Below are positions 25,950-39,920 of a stretch of 64,000 nt of DNA, one piece after another. The notes under the pieces were generated by a model. The model saw only the letters and a list, made by a program, of their open reading frames with translations, ran no database searches and had not been told where the DNA came from. The stretch's first letter is position 1. Each line of letters opens with the position of its first letter. Source of the stretch: Nemertoderma westbladi (taxonomy: Eukaryota > Animalia > Xenacoelomorpha); NCBI GenBank assembly GCA_032718475.1, contig JAUCBJ010001224.1:18102-82101 (forward strand), read 5' to 3'. Both the position numbers and the translations under genes were made by a program.

Positions 25950-26565
25950 TAACGGGTGTCGCTTTAGATTCCTAGACACTATATTGGCAATGAAACATAC
26001 GTTGACCGATGTCTCTATAGCCAAGTAGTATTGTAGGATTATCCGTGGAGGTGAGGTAATCACCCAGTATACGCACCCTGTCCATTTCAACTGCAATTCG
26101 AACTCGTTGACGTTAGGGGTATCACCTTCTCCGTATACATCCGTTTATTTGCTCCTCTTACTCTCCTTGTAATCCCAACTAAACCTTAGATAAGAAATAT
26201 ATCCAGCTCCAGTTTTGAGGGTATTATACTCCCTGAAATATCCTTGCTCTATGGCCCAGAGCAACAATGGTCTGGTGTCCACGTAAGGCATAGGCAATCG
26301 GACCTCCTCCTCAGGCATCCCGGCAAAATCACTAATGAGATCGTCCCGTATACTGGATCCAATCTTTATGATACTCTTATCGAGTACGACGTCGCGCACC
26401 GCCTTAGGTAACATCGTAGCATCTATGTTACAAGCTAGGTCCATAGACTTTACTGTCCACTTAACCATGGCGTGTCATCGAGTCGTCTCCTCCGGCATCG
26501 GCATCTTACGGTCGCTCCGCTGTCGGCTGAAGACGTACAGCACTCCATCTGGCGCTCGAATTTGA
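25950..26565 (-). pseudogene. DnaQ/DEDDy (WRN/RNase D-like) 3'-5' exonuclease-like remnant
   Basis: LPKAVRDVVLDKSIIKIGSSIRDDL resembles the Exo II region; YVDTR; ILQYYLAIE resembles a degenerate Exo III. Exo I not seen. Confidence 0.5.
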
Positions 26566-26589
26566 ATGGTTTATGAAGTGAGGCTCTGC

Positions 26590-29500
26590 TGATGGCTCCC
26601 TCCTTCAATATGAACTGCTCTACTGGCCATGCACGTAAAGATCAGTCCCCAATGTTTCACCTGTACGCATCCACGTTTTGCGTTTATAGGTCCAAAACAT
26701 TCAATCCCCGTCTCGGTAAATGGGGGTCTAAACGCCTGTAGTCTAGCTAATGGTAGTTCACTCATTTCCTCGCGGCGTCCTATCCTTGCATGTACCTTCT
26801 TACAGATAATACAGTTGCCCGTTACTGAACTTAATGCCTTACTAGGTCTAATCAATACAAACCTCGAGCGTAAGTGTGATAAACAGTGATTTCTACCTAT
26901 GTGTTTGAGTTGTACATGTGTGTCCAGTATCATAGTGCGCTGTAACTCATGGTGTTGCGGTATGATGATAGGGAACCTAAAGTCAATAGCAAAGTCAATG
27001 TTTTGGAGACTAGACTTTTGACAAAGTAAGCCCTTGTATATTATTGGACTCCAACTCAGTATCGGTGAAGATTATCTGTTTACCTTGATTGATTGCTGTG
27101 AACTCTCGTGCAAAATATCGCATTTGATTAGGTCTAATAATATCAATTTCACAGCTATCAATTTCGGCCAAGGTTACTCTACGTGGAAAGTCGCGTTTGT
27201 CATATTGTCTCAAACGTTTGAGCCCTGCCAACTTGCGGCAAGCATCCGTCCATGATCATGTCAAGTTGACTATCCAGTCGACGTGAGTGTTAGTGACGTC
27301 ATCAAGTAAGGTATAAGAATGGTATTGATTCTTGTTTGGACTTGGTAGGCCTGCAGGCCTTCCGGTGAGTGTCTCCCTTTGTGCAATGGGTTTGTCTAAG
27401 TCCTCAAGTACCTTGGACTCCACGGTCTTACCTTTACCATCAGCACTCGATGGGTTGACCTGTAATAGTGGTTTCGACTAACTTTAGTCACATGTTTAGC
27501 CTTAGGTTGTAAGTCGGGCATTTTCCTTGAGCGAAGTGTGATACCTGTATTTACATTTTGATGAGCACGACCCATATTTGCAATACCCGTAGCCATTGTC
27601 CTGTCCACCATTGTCATGGTGACTCAAGGAAGTCAAAGTAGGTAAGTTGGTAATACCTAAGTGGTCAATACTAGTCCACTCCAATGGGGTAATAGCAGCG
27701 TTATAGTATATGTCGTCACATTCTGGTAGAATGTCTGGTGAATGGTCTGGCGAACAGTCTGGTGAGATGTCTGGTGAACAGTATTGTGAGATGTCTGGTG
27801 AAACATGACCAGGGAAATTTTCAGTTGTGCATCCGGTATAAAGTCTGGTGTAATGTCTGGCAGAATGTCTGGTCTAAATTCTGGTTGTCAGTCTGTCAAG
27901 ATGTCTGGTGGAAAGTCAGGTTGACAGTCTGGTGTGTTGTCTGGTCGAAAATCTGGTAATAAATCCAGCGAAATGTCTGGTGGAAAATCTGATGAGATGT
28001 CCAGTAGACAATCTGTTAAATGGTCCACAAAGCAATCTGGCAAAAAATCCGGAGAATAATCTGGTGGACAGTCTGGCAAACAATCTGGCGAAATGTCTGG
28101 TGAACAATCTGACAAAACGTCTGGTGAAATCCCCCGTGGAACATCCGGCAAAAGATTCATTGGAACGTCTGGTAGAATGTCTGCAAGATTTCTGGCGCAA
28201 TGTCTGGTGGAGTGTCCAGGTTATTAGTCTTAACTCGTACTTGTTTCCTTTTGACCTTGGTGCTGGCCTTTGCTTTCAACTTGACCACAGTATCGATTTT
28301 GATCTTGGCACCTTCTGGTATGGTGTTCGATGTTGCATAGAATAGCGGCGGCCATTCGTCTGATGGTCGTTGTAGGAAGTCGGGTCCTTTAAACCAGAAA
28401 GACTTATTGTCCGGTTTACAAAAGTCTATGGGTAACATTCCCTGTGACGCGATGTAAGCTGGGTTCAGTTTCCCTGGGCAGTGACGCCAGTCCTGTTTGA
28501 GCGACCTGACTAGTATTTCAGCCCGTGTAGTACCAAATTACCAACGTGGCGTCGGTCCAATATGTGACTTTCAAATCGGCCTCTTACTCGTGCTGGACTA
28601 GACTTACGATGTCGGTAGATATCGTCCCAGATTGAAGCGCTCCCCGAGGCACTGTCATGTACTTCAAAGGCATTGTCTTAGCCCTTGAGGTGACGAAAGA
28701 TACCTGGTAACTGTCAGATGTCACTTGTCTACGTAGGTATAAAGTAACCCCCAGCCCATCCTTGCTAGCATCACTGAAGCTATGAAGCTCCAGATCTGCA
28801 GGAAAGGTGGCCTGTAAGGGAAAGTATACCCTCGGGATGGTATAGTCTTGTAGGAGCGTCAGCTGTGCCTCCCAGTCCCTCCACTGCTCGGCTAGCTTTT
28901 CTGGAATAGGGTCATCCCACTCCAATCCGGTCTGCCAAATTCTGCGGAGTATGATCTTTGCGTGTAGGATCACTGGACTTATAAAGCACAGCAGGTCGTA
29001 CAAATGACTCATGGTCTATAAGCAGGTCCTCTTTGTGAGAGGTCTTGTCTGGTCATTGGTTCTTACGTGCACCCTAAAATTGTCGGTATTTGGGTCCCAA
29101 CTGAGTCCTAGGACTTTGGTTGTAGGCAGAGGTTCTAGGTCTAGATCTAGGTCACCCCCACTACGGTCAGCAGAGTCAAATAAATTCACTAGGTCGGAAT
29201 TATTGGAAGCGAATTTGGTGAGGTGAAAGCCGCCCTCGGCGAGACAGTTCTGGAGTTGGTGTGCCATGGTTGTAGCACGTTTCAGAGTGTCGCAGCTCTT
29301 GAGGCCGTCATCCACGTAGAAATCCAGCTCCCCTGTCCGAACCACGTCTGGGTCTAATTTGTCGCATCGGTCTAAAGCTGTCTGATTTAGGCCTTTATGG
29401 TACAGTTGGGGCTGTCCCGGGCCCTGAAAACTCTTACCTGTATTTGGTAGGTTTCTGGCGGAAGGTTCAAATTTCCGTTTGGGTACAAAAGGAACCTCAA

Positions 29501-32330
29501 ACTGTCCTTGTCCCACTCCAAAGCCTTAACCTGGTGAAACATGGCCTCTGTATCACAGGTGAAGGCCACCTTGCATTGTCTGAAATGCATCAGGACTCCC
29601 ATGAGGTAATTGTTCATAATTGGCCCGTCCATCAGTTTGCTGTTCATGGACATCCCCTGGTAAAGCTGGTAAATCCCCTAGGCTTGCAAGCCTTCCAAGA
29701 TCTTCATTCGTTGAACCTTTGGTTCAACGAATGCGAAATTCATTGGTGAACCCTTTGGTCTTCATTAGTCGATCCAACCTGTTCCGCTGCAAGTAGCTGT
29801 GAGTTAGAGGTCTGTGTGGTCTCATCTAAGTCAGTCGCATTGTTGTCTATAGCGACGCAAGTCTGTCATTGTGCTGACTGTACAGTAGGACCACAGGAAT
29901 GTGAAGGAGAATTTGCTAACGTAGTAGTTAACAGACTACACGTACTCAAGACGTCGTCCTCCTGGTCACTTACCTCTAATGAACGCACAGGCACTCTTGT
30001 ATACCAACTACTGGGAGTTCTACAAGCATAAGGGTTGCCCGCTGTTACTACAGATGGGCATGTCTCCCATGCTTGATGCAAGTTGAACTGGTCTGTACCA
30101 ATCAACATTGCTATTGAGCGATAGTTAACTGGACATTCCGGTATTCCAAGATGTCGGAAATACTTACAGTCTTCCGGAGATTGCTCTGGCACAGGACCAA
30201 GTAAATTACTAAAGTCCATAGTGGCCGCGAACGTAAGGTTTTTTACTGGAAGTAATGAGCGTTCCTCTCTAATATGTATGCTCTGCTTTGGAAAGAAGGG
30301 TATCCAGGATCAACTTGACCCTCGTAAAGGGTATCGCCCTCTTACCATGCATGCTGCTTACAGTATACTGAGCAGTCTTACCTTGGCTCATGTCAGTGAC
30401 TACATCGGCCACCTGCTCATCAACGTAGCAGTATGAAGACGCAGAGTCCAAGATAGCATATATACTTTCAACTGGTTCTGCGTAAGGAGAGTTATAGATG
30501 GCTGTTCCTCTTTCCCCGCATGCACGTAGAAGGTTTTGTCCTCCGAGTTGTCCTCATCCGATGATACTAACTGATCTACGTAGTCCACATAGAAGGTACG
30601 GACTTCTCACGGCACACGTTCCTTGTAAAGTGCATCACATTTTGCCGCTTTATCGGGATACTCGCGTCGAAAATGATTAGTCCGAGTGTGGCTAGTCGTG
30701 TGGAGCAATGCGTCATGGTTGCGTCCGCACAGAGGACAAGTGCCGTCTCCCGGAGAGTCCTTCCGGACATGCCCAGGCATGGTACATCTCCAATAAGAAT
30801 CCAATGGACGGATCTGGAGTCTTCTCTCCTCCACTCCCAGATCATTAAAAACGCGACATCCGCGTAACGCCAATCGTAGAAGATCAATGGGTTTCGAAAT
30901 AGGTCTGCCTCTACAATGGTCTTCTATAATAAATTTGGCCATTGCTACGTTACTGCCGTATATGGAAAATAGACGGTCGTACACTAGCTCAAATGCATCT
31001 GGAACACCAATAAAGGTTTCTGCCAACCTCTTTGGCTCACTCGATAACACCTGAAGCAGGTAGTTAAACTTCTCTGTCGAGGTGAAGGCACACATAGCAA
31101 TCTGGGATTCTACGTAGTCTACCAGAGTACGCCAGTGTTTTGCGTTGCCAGAGAACTTTGGCGGTTGTTGTCTGGCAGCAAATTTAGAGATCTCGTTAAC
31201 TACATCTAACTGTCTGCGTCCTTGTCCAGCAATAGCGTTCAGTCCATCTTGTCCGTATGTCGTTTGTCGATACAGGTCATAGTTGGCAGGATTTTCTCCT
31301 TGAGGATTCGGGTCTGCTGTGCCTCCGGCTCTTGATAGGGTGGTCGCTGTGGTTGAGGTTGAGGTTGTTCTAACTCCGTGCTGGCTCGCGATCTATTTGA
31401 CGGCTGCGCTTCTAGAAAATCCTCGAGCTGAGCCAACTGGTCCGCCATCTCAGTGAACTGTCTGGCACTAATCACCTCTGCCTGCCGTGGCATAGGGTTT
31501 TGTACAGGTGTTTCTCATGGAGGATTGTCAATATACGAATTTGTCAATCTCTCCTCCCGCTTGTAATCACCTGCCGCTCCAGTACGGAATATTTCCTGTT
31601 CCGTTGACTCCGTATCACTAGATGAATCCGCTGTCGTCGGGATACGGTGTTTGGTGGGTTTGCAATCGGCGTATTACTCTAGTTGGCCGAGTTCGTTGCG
31701 GTTGGGAATCTACAGTCCTTCGTCGTTCGGTAGGCTCACAAGCCTTCCATCAAGTTGTAGGTCTCGGTAAACTCGGTTCGAATTGGTGGGTACTACCCAC
31801 ATCTACAGTTCTCCGTCATTTGGTAGGCTCGCAATCCTTCCACAAAGTCGTAGGTCTCGATACACATTGAGTGAGTGGTCTAGTAAAGATGTCGGATTTA
31901 GGAGTCACTGTTGGTCTATAAGTAACAGGGTTCGCACAGCATGTCACAGGTTTAAATTGAAAGAGTTTACTCACCTGTTTCACTGTCATAAATACAGGTT
32001 CGTCTCTTCTTACAAGTAAACTACGGCTTACTGTAGGTGGACTACTGACCTTACCTGCAAGAATCGATGATAAAGTCGCTCGTGGCTGCGGAACTGACAC
32101 CGGTATAACAAACCTGTTATTTTGGGTAGCATGTATAGGTGATATCTCTTTTGGTTTCGCAACTACGATTGGTTTCACTGGAGTCGTTTGTTCATAGGAA
32201 CAACTTGGGGGAATCGTCGACAATATTCTTCGACAAACTCATCTCCTCGATCCATCGCTCCCACACTTCCTTCCTCGATTCGCTTCTGGATCCCACGTGG
32301 TGTGTATTTCGTATTAGTATATTATTGACT
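26590..32330 (-). mobile_element. Degenerate BEL/Pao LTR retrotransposon 1
   Basis: gag (PPKFSG, EKFNYL, Cys knuckles); protease DSAS; RT (CDTEAMFHQV, YVDDG, KVLGLSWD); RNase H (LHSFSDAS); WFKGPDFL; integrase (C..C, PPFTETG..FGP, FTCMASRAVHIE), truncated. Confidence 0.92.
27715..28220 (-). repeat. Degenerate 12-bp repeat encoding (PDxx)n inside BEL 1 pol
   Basis: TCTGG recurs every ~12 nt; the minus strand reads PDISPDCLPDCPPDYSPDFL. Confidence 0.85.
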
Positions 32331-32564
32331 CTGTAGGATATACATTATTGACTCTACTAGTTATTGGCATTTCCCTGATTTACACACCCCTGGCATTAGT
32401 TTGTATACTTGCTTTGGTGTTACACAGCTGTATTGCTTTTCATGTTGCCTATATTGTAGGTGAAGGTTGTTTGTGATATTCTATCCATTATTATACATTG
32501 AGATACTTTTAGTTTTTACATATTTTTCTTTATTGCATTTGGAGACCATCAGGGGTCCATTACA

Positions 32565-32578
32565 TTTTGGCGCCCGAT
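32565..32578 (+). promoter_or_regulatory. Primer-binding site of BEL element 2, after an LTR end
   Basis: ...TACA|TTTTGGCGCCCGA: CA LTR terminus followed by TGGCGCCCGA, complementary to a tRNA 3' end (Lys-type). Confidence 0.7.
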
Positions 32579-35500
32579 AAAAATATCATTTATCGTCATT
32601 TTATTACAATATTTCTATTATATTTCTATATTAATATTTTTATTACTATATTTACAATTACATAACATTATATTTACAATGTTTTATATGTGTGATTCCT
32701 ACCATATACCTACATTAACTTGATTTCATGTTCCTGTTCCATTTATACACCATATGTTGGTAATAAAGTTTTAGTTTCATTACAATATTTCGTATACATT
32801 ACTTCTGGTTACATTTATCTAACTTACTCGTACATCAAGACCGTTGCTCGTTATCTCTGACACTGGTGATGAAAACGGTCAAGACCCAGATGAGGAGGCG
32901 ATTCTAGCAAGGCTCTTCAACTCAAGGAAAGGAATTCGTCGCACATCGACCCTGGTTGTCAACTCATTACCCAACATCGAGAGAATTAACGTTTTAGATG
33001 AAGCCATTAAAAGGAGCAAAATTAAGACTCTACAATCATACAGAGATCGCCTGGGATCTCTCAATGAGGATCTATTGTGCCGCTCTTCCGAACACTACAT
33101 CAACTCCGACACCCCGAAAGCTGTCGAATACGAGGTAAAACTTTCAGATACTATATCTCATTTGATTTGGAATTGTCTTTGCAGCCCCATACTTTACCGG
33201 TTCAACACGCTTATAATGTATCTACTGTAGGCGTAGGCAATAATAATTTGTCAGTTGGTAATCAATCATCGACTACCAGTCGTTTAGAAACTATTTTGCT
33301 CGTTCAGTTCTACCAAAATTAAAACCACCAACTTTCGATGGCAATCCGTTAGAGTTTAATGGATGGCATGATGCCTTTATATCTGCCGTCCATGACTCAG
33401 GTCTACCTGAAGTATTACAATTTCAACATTTAAAACAAAGCCTTAGTGGTGCGGCTGAAACCCATATAAAGGGTCTACCTATTTCTCCCGAGAATTATTG
33501 TACTGCATTAGAAATGTTAAAAAAGGAATTTGGAAATAAAAATCGTATTATTAGGTGTCACATTGAAGAGTTACGTAATATTACTTCAAAACTAAGCAGC
33601 ACGCCTTCATTAAGGAAATTTTATGATACTTGCAATACAAACATTCTAGCCTTAACCGCGCTAGGTAAAATTCCTGACCAATACCAGCTAATGGTTGTCC
33701 CTGACATACTGAGAGCATTACCTAGAGAATTGACAAAGAGACTTTTTAAGAAAGCAAGCAGGGAGAAGACCTAAATTGGCTCATGACCGAATTGAAAAAC
33801 GAACTGGACATTGAGGACGCACTTGATGACTTAAGTAAGGTTAGTTTTAGCAGCAATGATAAATTTATTAAACAACATTACAAGCCACAACACCCTACAG
33901 CGTCCAATTTTGTAATCCAAGCAGGTAAGTCATCATTTATCCAGAGGGGACGCACTTAATCAGTCTATCATATAGTTTTGTCTGGTTTAGGGCCATCAAA
34001 ATCATCAGCAAGAGGTCACTCATCCACTGCATCACATATTGCATCATCATATACACCAAAATGTGTTTTCTGTAACCAACACCATTTTTCGGCAAACTGT
34101 CATATTGCCATCAATGTCGCTGAACGTAGGAAAGTTCTTGTCAGTCACAAATTATGTTTCATCTGCTTAGGATCCGGTCATGAAGCAAGAAGTTGTCACC
34201 GAAATCGCACATGTTACCATTGTAAGTCACAATATCACCATACTGCCATTTGCTATAGTCTTTCAACCCCTTCACAAGCAATGCTGTTTTTCTAGAGAAG
34301 TAGCACCTGGTATTGAATCATTCCAAAGCATGACATGGCCTTGAACGAGTCTAGTTCATCTCACACAATGACAAAACCTGTTCTTCATGTAGAATCATCA
34401 GAAACTACACTGTGACAAACAGCAGTTATACAATGTCAGTCAAACAATGACACTACCATTACCCTCAATTCATTATTTGATTGTGGAAGTCAGGAAACGT
34501 TCATCACTCGTCATTATGCCGAACGCAACAATCAACTTGAGTTCATCAAATCCAGGAGACAGATTCGCTGTCGATGTGCTGATTGGCGCAGATCAGTACT
34601 GGAATTTCGTAAGTGGAACCATCATTCGTTCAACCAACTCTAGCTTTGAAAGCCATTGATAGTGGGTTCGGTTTTCTTTTGTCAGGTAAACTGACATCTA
34701 GTAAGAATTCATCACCCAACTCATTCCTTAGTAATGCTGGATGTAATAGTCTTTTTATTCAGTACAAATGATGATGAGTCATTAAATGACATTCTAAAAG
34801 CAGTCTGGTCCATTGAGAGTGCATGTATCTTTGAACGTGACAATATTGATCTAGAGAATTCTGTATTAAAGGAAATATGCATAGTTAACAATTTTTACAC
34901 TGTTTCGCTGGAAAATCGATGGAAAATCAACTAAAATATAGAACTATATAACTAAACCCAAATATCCTAAGCAATGATTTCCAACATTGTCAACAAAGTC
35001 TATCAGCATTGTTAAAGCGCCTTTCAAAAACGGGTATTCTTGATCGGTATGATGCGGTATTAAAGGACCATTTTGACAGAATTTGACAAGGAATTTACTC
35101 AAAATAATAGCATTGAATCATTAGTGTCATCATCATTATCCAGCATGTTAGCAAACATAATCGAAGATCCTGATTCAATTGCTAAATCATCACTTGGATT
35201 AACAACAAACGACTCAGACATCACTTCATCGACATCTAGAGTGCTAGGACAATTGTGGGACATGAAATATGATAGACTTGACTATGACTTTACTGTTGTG
35301 TATGATTTACTACAAAACATCAAACCCACAAAACGCAGCATCCTTATGTTATATGCTCGCCTATTTGACCCATTAGGAATATTAGCACCATTTACTGGAC
35401 CAATAAAGGAGCTATTTCAAACACTTTGCCAGGATGCCCAACCATGGATACTCCATTAAATTCAGATTTCCTCTCATTGTGGCACAAATTGGTACAAATG

Positions 35501-36684
35501 GGTCTTCTCATTCTGAAAGGAGTTTCAGTGCCACGATGTTTCTTCTTACCATTTCGAACTATATCCAGCATTGAAATACATGGTTTTGCGGATGCAAGCC
35601 TTAAACTCTATGCAGGAGTTATTTTCATTCGCACACTGTATAAAGACAATTCAGTTAGCGTATCATTAGTATCATGCAGAACGAAGGTATGTCCACAAGG
35701 CAAAAAACACCAGAATAAGACAAAGGATCAGCGGGATCATGCAGAAGAACACAGTCAATTCCAATGTTTGAGTTATTAGGAGCATTCATCACTGCACATG
35801 AAGTTTGTTGTAGAAGCGTTGCCAATAGTCTGCAGTAAAGTTGTTTTCTGGAGTGATGCCCTTGATGTGTTGTACTGGATTAAGGAAGTATATCATCACT
35901 GGAAAACCTTCGTGCAAAATAGGGTAAAAGTAATACTATTACATCAGAATTAAATGGTTCATGGAGATATGTCCCTAGTGAAATTAATCCTGCCGACATT
36001 CTCTCAAAGGAATGTCCCCGAAACAATTGTTGTCATCTGAGAAGTGGTTCGAAGGTCCTCCCTTTCAACATCAAGATAAGCATACATGGCCACATTGTCC
36101 CATCGACTTTGACTCGACCCCATCAGCAAATAGTCTTAAAGAAATGAAGTCCCATAGCACAGAATCGAACGCACTTATCACAACATCAACTGAATACTCT
36201 ATAACAAATGTCATCAATTACAGAGATTACAGTGCAAAGTCAAATGCAATTCATAGCTTAGCATGGGTCTCACGGTTTATTAATAACATCAAATCAAAAT
36301 TAGCAAAATAATCCCCACTCCTAGACTCACAATTAACGACAAATGAGCTACAGAAAGCCGAGTTACAGTATATCAAACATGTTCAACTGAATCATTTTCA
36401 TATAGAGATCGAGTACTTACAAAACAGTAAACGTTTTAAGTGCCCAAACTTAGTAAAACAGCTAAACCTCTTTCTAGACTGTGACGGGATTCTGCGCACA
36501 AAAGGCAGAGCAGTAAGTCCAACCATTCCATGGTGTACACAGAATCCGATTCTCCTTCTATCCACAGATCATTTCACAAAATTGATAGTACTCGATGCTC
36601 ATTATATCGTAATGCATTCACGTGTTTGTGACACATTAGTTCAGTTGTTCAGTATTGGATATCTCGTGCAAGACAAGTTATTAA

Positions 36685-38250
36685 CCATATTAGTACCGGG
36701 CTATAAAATGTTGTACAAATACCGGGGGGGGGGGTCATATTGACCCCCCCCCCCCCCCTCTAAAATCTACAAATATTAACGAAAACGTGTGATTTTTTGT
36801 TTGTACGTAGGTATCACTTGTCTGGATCCGACCGAAAAAAAAAATTTTCGAAAAAATGTACTGGGGTGGTTATATTGCAGCACCAAAATTACAAGTAGTG
36901 CACAATTTTCACAAAATTTGAAAGTTACATTTTTCGGCTAATTGTTTTTCAATACAGGTTTTCTGGGGCGCAAAATACATTGGAAAACATTTAAAAATTA
37001 TATGATTACTATAAATGGCTGTTTAGTCCTCTCTGCGTAGGAAAAAAATGAAAAAAACAAGTAATCAGCACTTTTCAGTTAGAACACAAAATTTTTAATT
37101 CACTTATACAATGCTATAAATTCACATTTCAGGTTTTCGAGGGCGCTGATTCTAATGGAATACATTTCTAATATGCCAGATCATTGGTACTTGTATTTTT
37201 CTGCGTAATTTGGCAAATTTTGGTGCTAGCACCAAATTTCGTACCCATCACCAAAAAGTACAAGTTTGCGATGTCCAGTGCTGTTTTTATTGATTCCATC
37301 GGATTCAGGACCCTCATAAACCCGTATAACGCAAGAAACAAGGTGATACTATCTACTTATCAATTTGCATATTTTCCAAAATTTGGTGCTGGCACAACAA
37401 TTTTCACCCACCGGCGGAAAATACAAGTTTGAGAACTCTTATGAAATTTTTACTGATTCCATTGAATTCAGAACCATCACAAACCCGTATAACGCAAGAA
37501 ACAAGGTGACACAATCAATTGATATATTTGATGGTTTTCAAAATTTGGTGCTAGCACCACATTTTACACCCACATCCGAAAAATACAAGTTTGAGATGTC
37601 TAGTTCGATAATTATATTTTGCATTGAATTCAGAACAGCCATAAACCTCTAAAACGCAAGAAATAAATTGTCACAAGCAATTTTATCTATTGAATGGATT
37701 TTCAAAATTTCGTGCTAGCACCAAAATTTGCACACAGCACCGAAAAATACAAGTTTTATACGCTTGGTGCAACTCGTATATATTTCATCGAATCCAGAAC
37801 CCCAAAAAACCCCAATTGCGTAAAAAACAAGTTTCAAACGATCAATTTACAAAATTGACTTATTTCAAAATTTGGTGCTGGCACCAAAATTTGGCACCCA
37901 CCGAAAAAAACAAGTTTGAAATTTCTAAATCAATTTATATGAATTCCATCAAATTTCTAACACCAAAAAACCGGTGTAAATCAAAAATAGAGATGTTACA
38001 ATTCATATTTAATGAAATGTAATTTTCAAAAAACGTCTCAAAAAAAGTGCCAAAAGTAGGGTTAAAAAATGGGGCTATAACTCGAAAAGTACCCAATATT
38101 TTTGAAAACGGTTTTCACTACTAGGAAGACAATAGATTTTTAGGAAAAGTCATAAAATTTCAGATTCCAAACTGCGTTTGTTTCAGAATTATAATAAAAA
38201 AACCACGGGTGGGGTCATATTGACCCCCCCCCCCCCCGGGTTTAATAGGG
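36685..38250. mobile_element. Non-autonomous piggyBac-type transposon with internal ~120-bp repeats
   Basis: TTAA TSD at 36681-36684 and 38251-38254; TIRs CCATATTA..CCGGG and CCGGG..TAATAGGG; subterminal GGGGTCATATTGACCCC at both ends. Removing it restores ARQVIKGIISKC. Confidence 0.9.
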
Positions 38251-39920
38251 TTAAGGGAATCATAAGTAAATGCATTATTTGCAAACATATCCAAGGGAAA
38301 CCATATCCAAAACCACTTCCTTCGTCTTACGAGTCAAACTTAAATGCGTTTTCACACACTGGAATTTATTTCTGTGGCCCGATAAATATAGTAAACAACT
38401 AGTATGACCCATCCAATTCTTCCACTAAAGTCTACATCTGTTTATTTACATGCGCGGTTGTTGCTGCACGTGTGAACTTAGCCTTTTAGATTACTTATTT
38501 TACTAATTTTAAGCTCAAAACACCATTTTTAATTGATAAAGTTGGTTACGATATAATATCGCCTGTTTCAGTTAAGCCATGCTTTACTGAGGGTTTTAAC
38601 GCCATCTAGTGCCATTATACTCATATTCTACCTCCCATTGGCTGTATCATTCTATTACGGTTAATTTAATATATATGGTTGGTTGGTTGGTTGGCTTGGT
38701 TGGTTGGATGCTGGCTCACTGTGTACATGTTGAGCTGCAGTGGAATTACCCCTCCCATGCAGGGCTTTAATCAGCTAGTCAGGTTTTAATGACTGGCAAA
38801 TATTACATGTCCTGGTCTAATGTCTAAGTCTAATTGTTAATAATTGAATTATATTTGTAAATGATCGCCTTCACCTTTGCTAAAAACCAGCACTTGTCTT
38901 TCCTTATTACTTCTTTTATTGCGGCCTCAAAATATGTTTTTGCTGTAGAGCACAATCGCTGTACCATACCTGTACTTTTCGATCCCTTTCCCTCTAGCGG
39001 AATAATCGGATCGAAACGTAAAGGTTCTCAAAGGCTTCCCTTGGCATTCTGACCAATAGCTGCTCGATTCACCTATGGTGGATCGAAACGTTACACCAAT
39101 CAGGAAGCGGTATGCAGGGTTATTTAAAGCCCCTGCACGCGTCATTTCTTCACTTCTTAGTCAAAATTGTAGCTTCTTCTGCAAACCCCTGCTACTAAAT
39201 TTAGGATAAGTTTCGGAATTTATTTTGTGATTTTTGTTATAATCTTTTCTTTACTTAATGGTTAATAAGAAGTCAATTTATAGTTCTCCCGAATTTCTCT
39301 TAACATTTTATATCTACTTCCTTTCAACTTCCTGGGTGCTGTCACTGTGTTGCGAAACCCTAAGGCAACGGGCTCCTATTCAACTTTCATTCAGTCATAT
39401 CAAAGGCCTAGGCCTACTTAAACTCAGATATCGCAAGACGATACTTCCCTTCCTAGCCCAAATCTGCCACAATATTTATGTATGTTGTATCTTATATTCT
39501 GCTGTTAAATTCAATTTGCTGTCATTTTTTGCTTAATATATCGCCTATATTACGGAATCAAGAAAGTTTTAAACGCGCCACAACAGGTGGGTCACTATAA
39601 TTAAGTATCAGTGATAATCTGAACAATTGCATCAGATATGTGTGTTGTCATACCTCTGACTTACTAAATAATTAATATATGGCGATATTTCAAACCATTA
39701 TTGTAAGCAAAGCTCTTATCATTAATTATGTCACGATTAAGAGTTGTCACAAATTGAATACTGTACCGATATCAATATAATTAGACCAAAGACAATATAC
39801 AATACGTTTCCTCTAAAGGGAAACACAGTTGCCAGACTTGAGTCCTTACATAATTAATTAGTCAGTCATTTGCTTGTTATACTGTGTTGCCACACCCTCC
39901 CGGTATCGTATCTCAGTTAA

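Larger units (their letters stand above)
32330..38470 (+). mobile_element. Degenerate BEL/Pao LTR retrotransposon 2, RT largely deleted
   Basis: PTFDGNPLEF; three Cys knuckles (CVFC..H..C, CFIC..H..C, CYHC..H..C); LFDCGSQ; LFDPLG; IHGFADAS; WFEGP; integrase C..C, FSHTGI.FCGP, YICLFTC. Confidence 0.92.
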
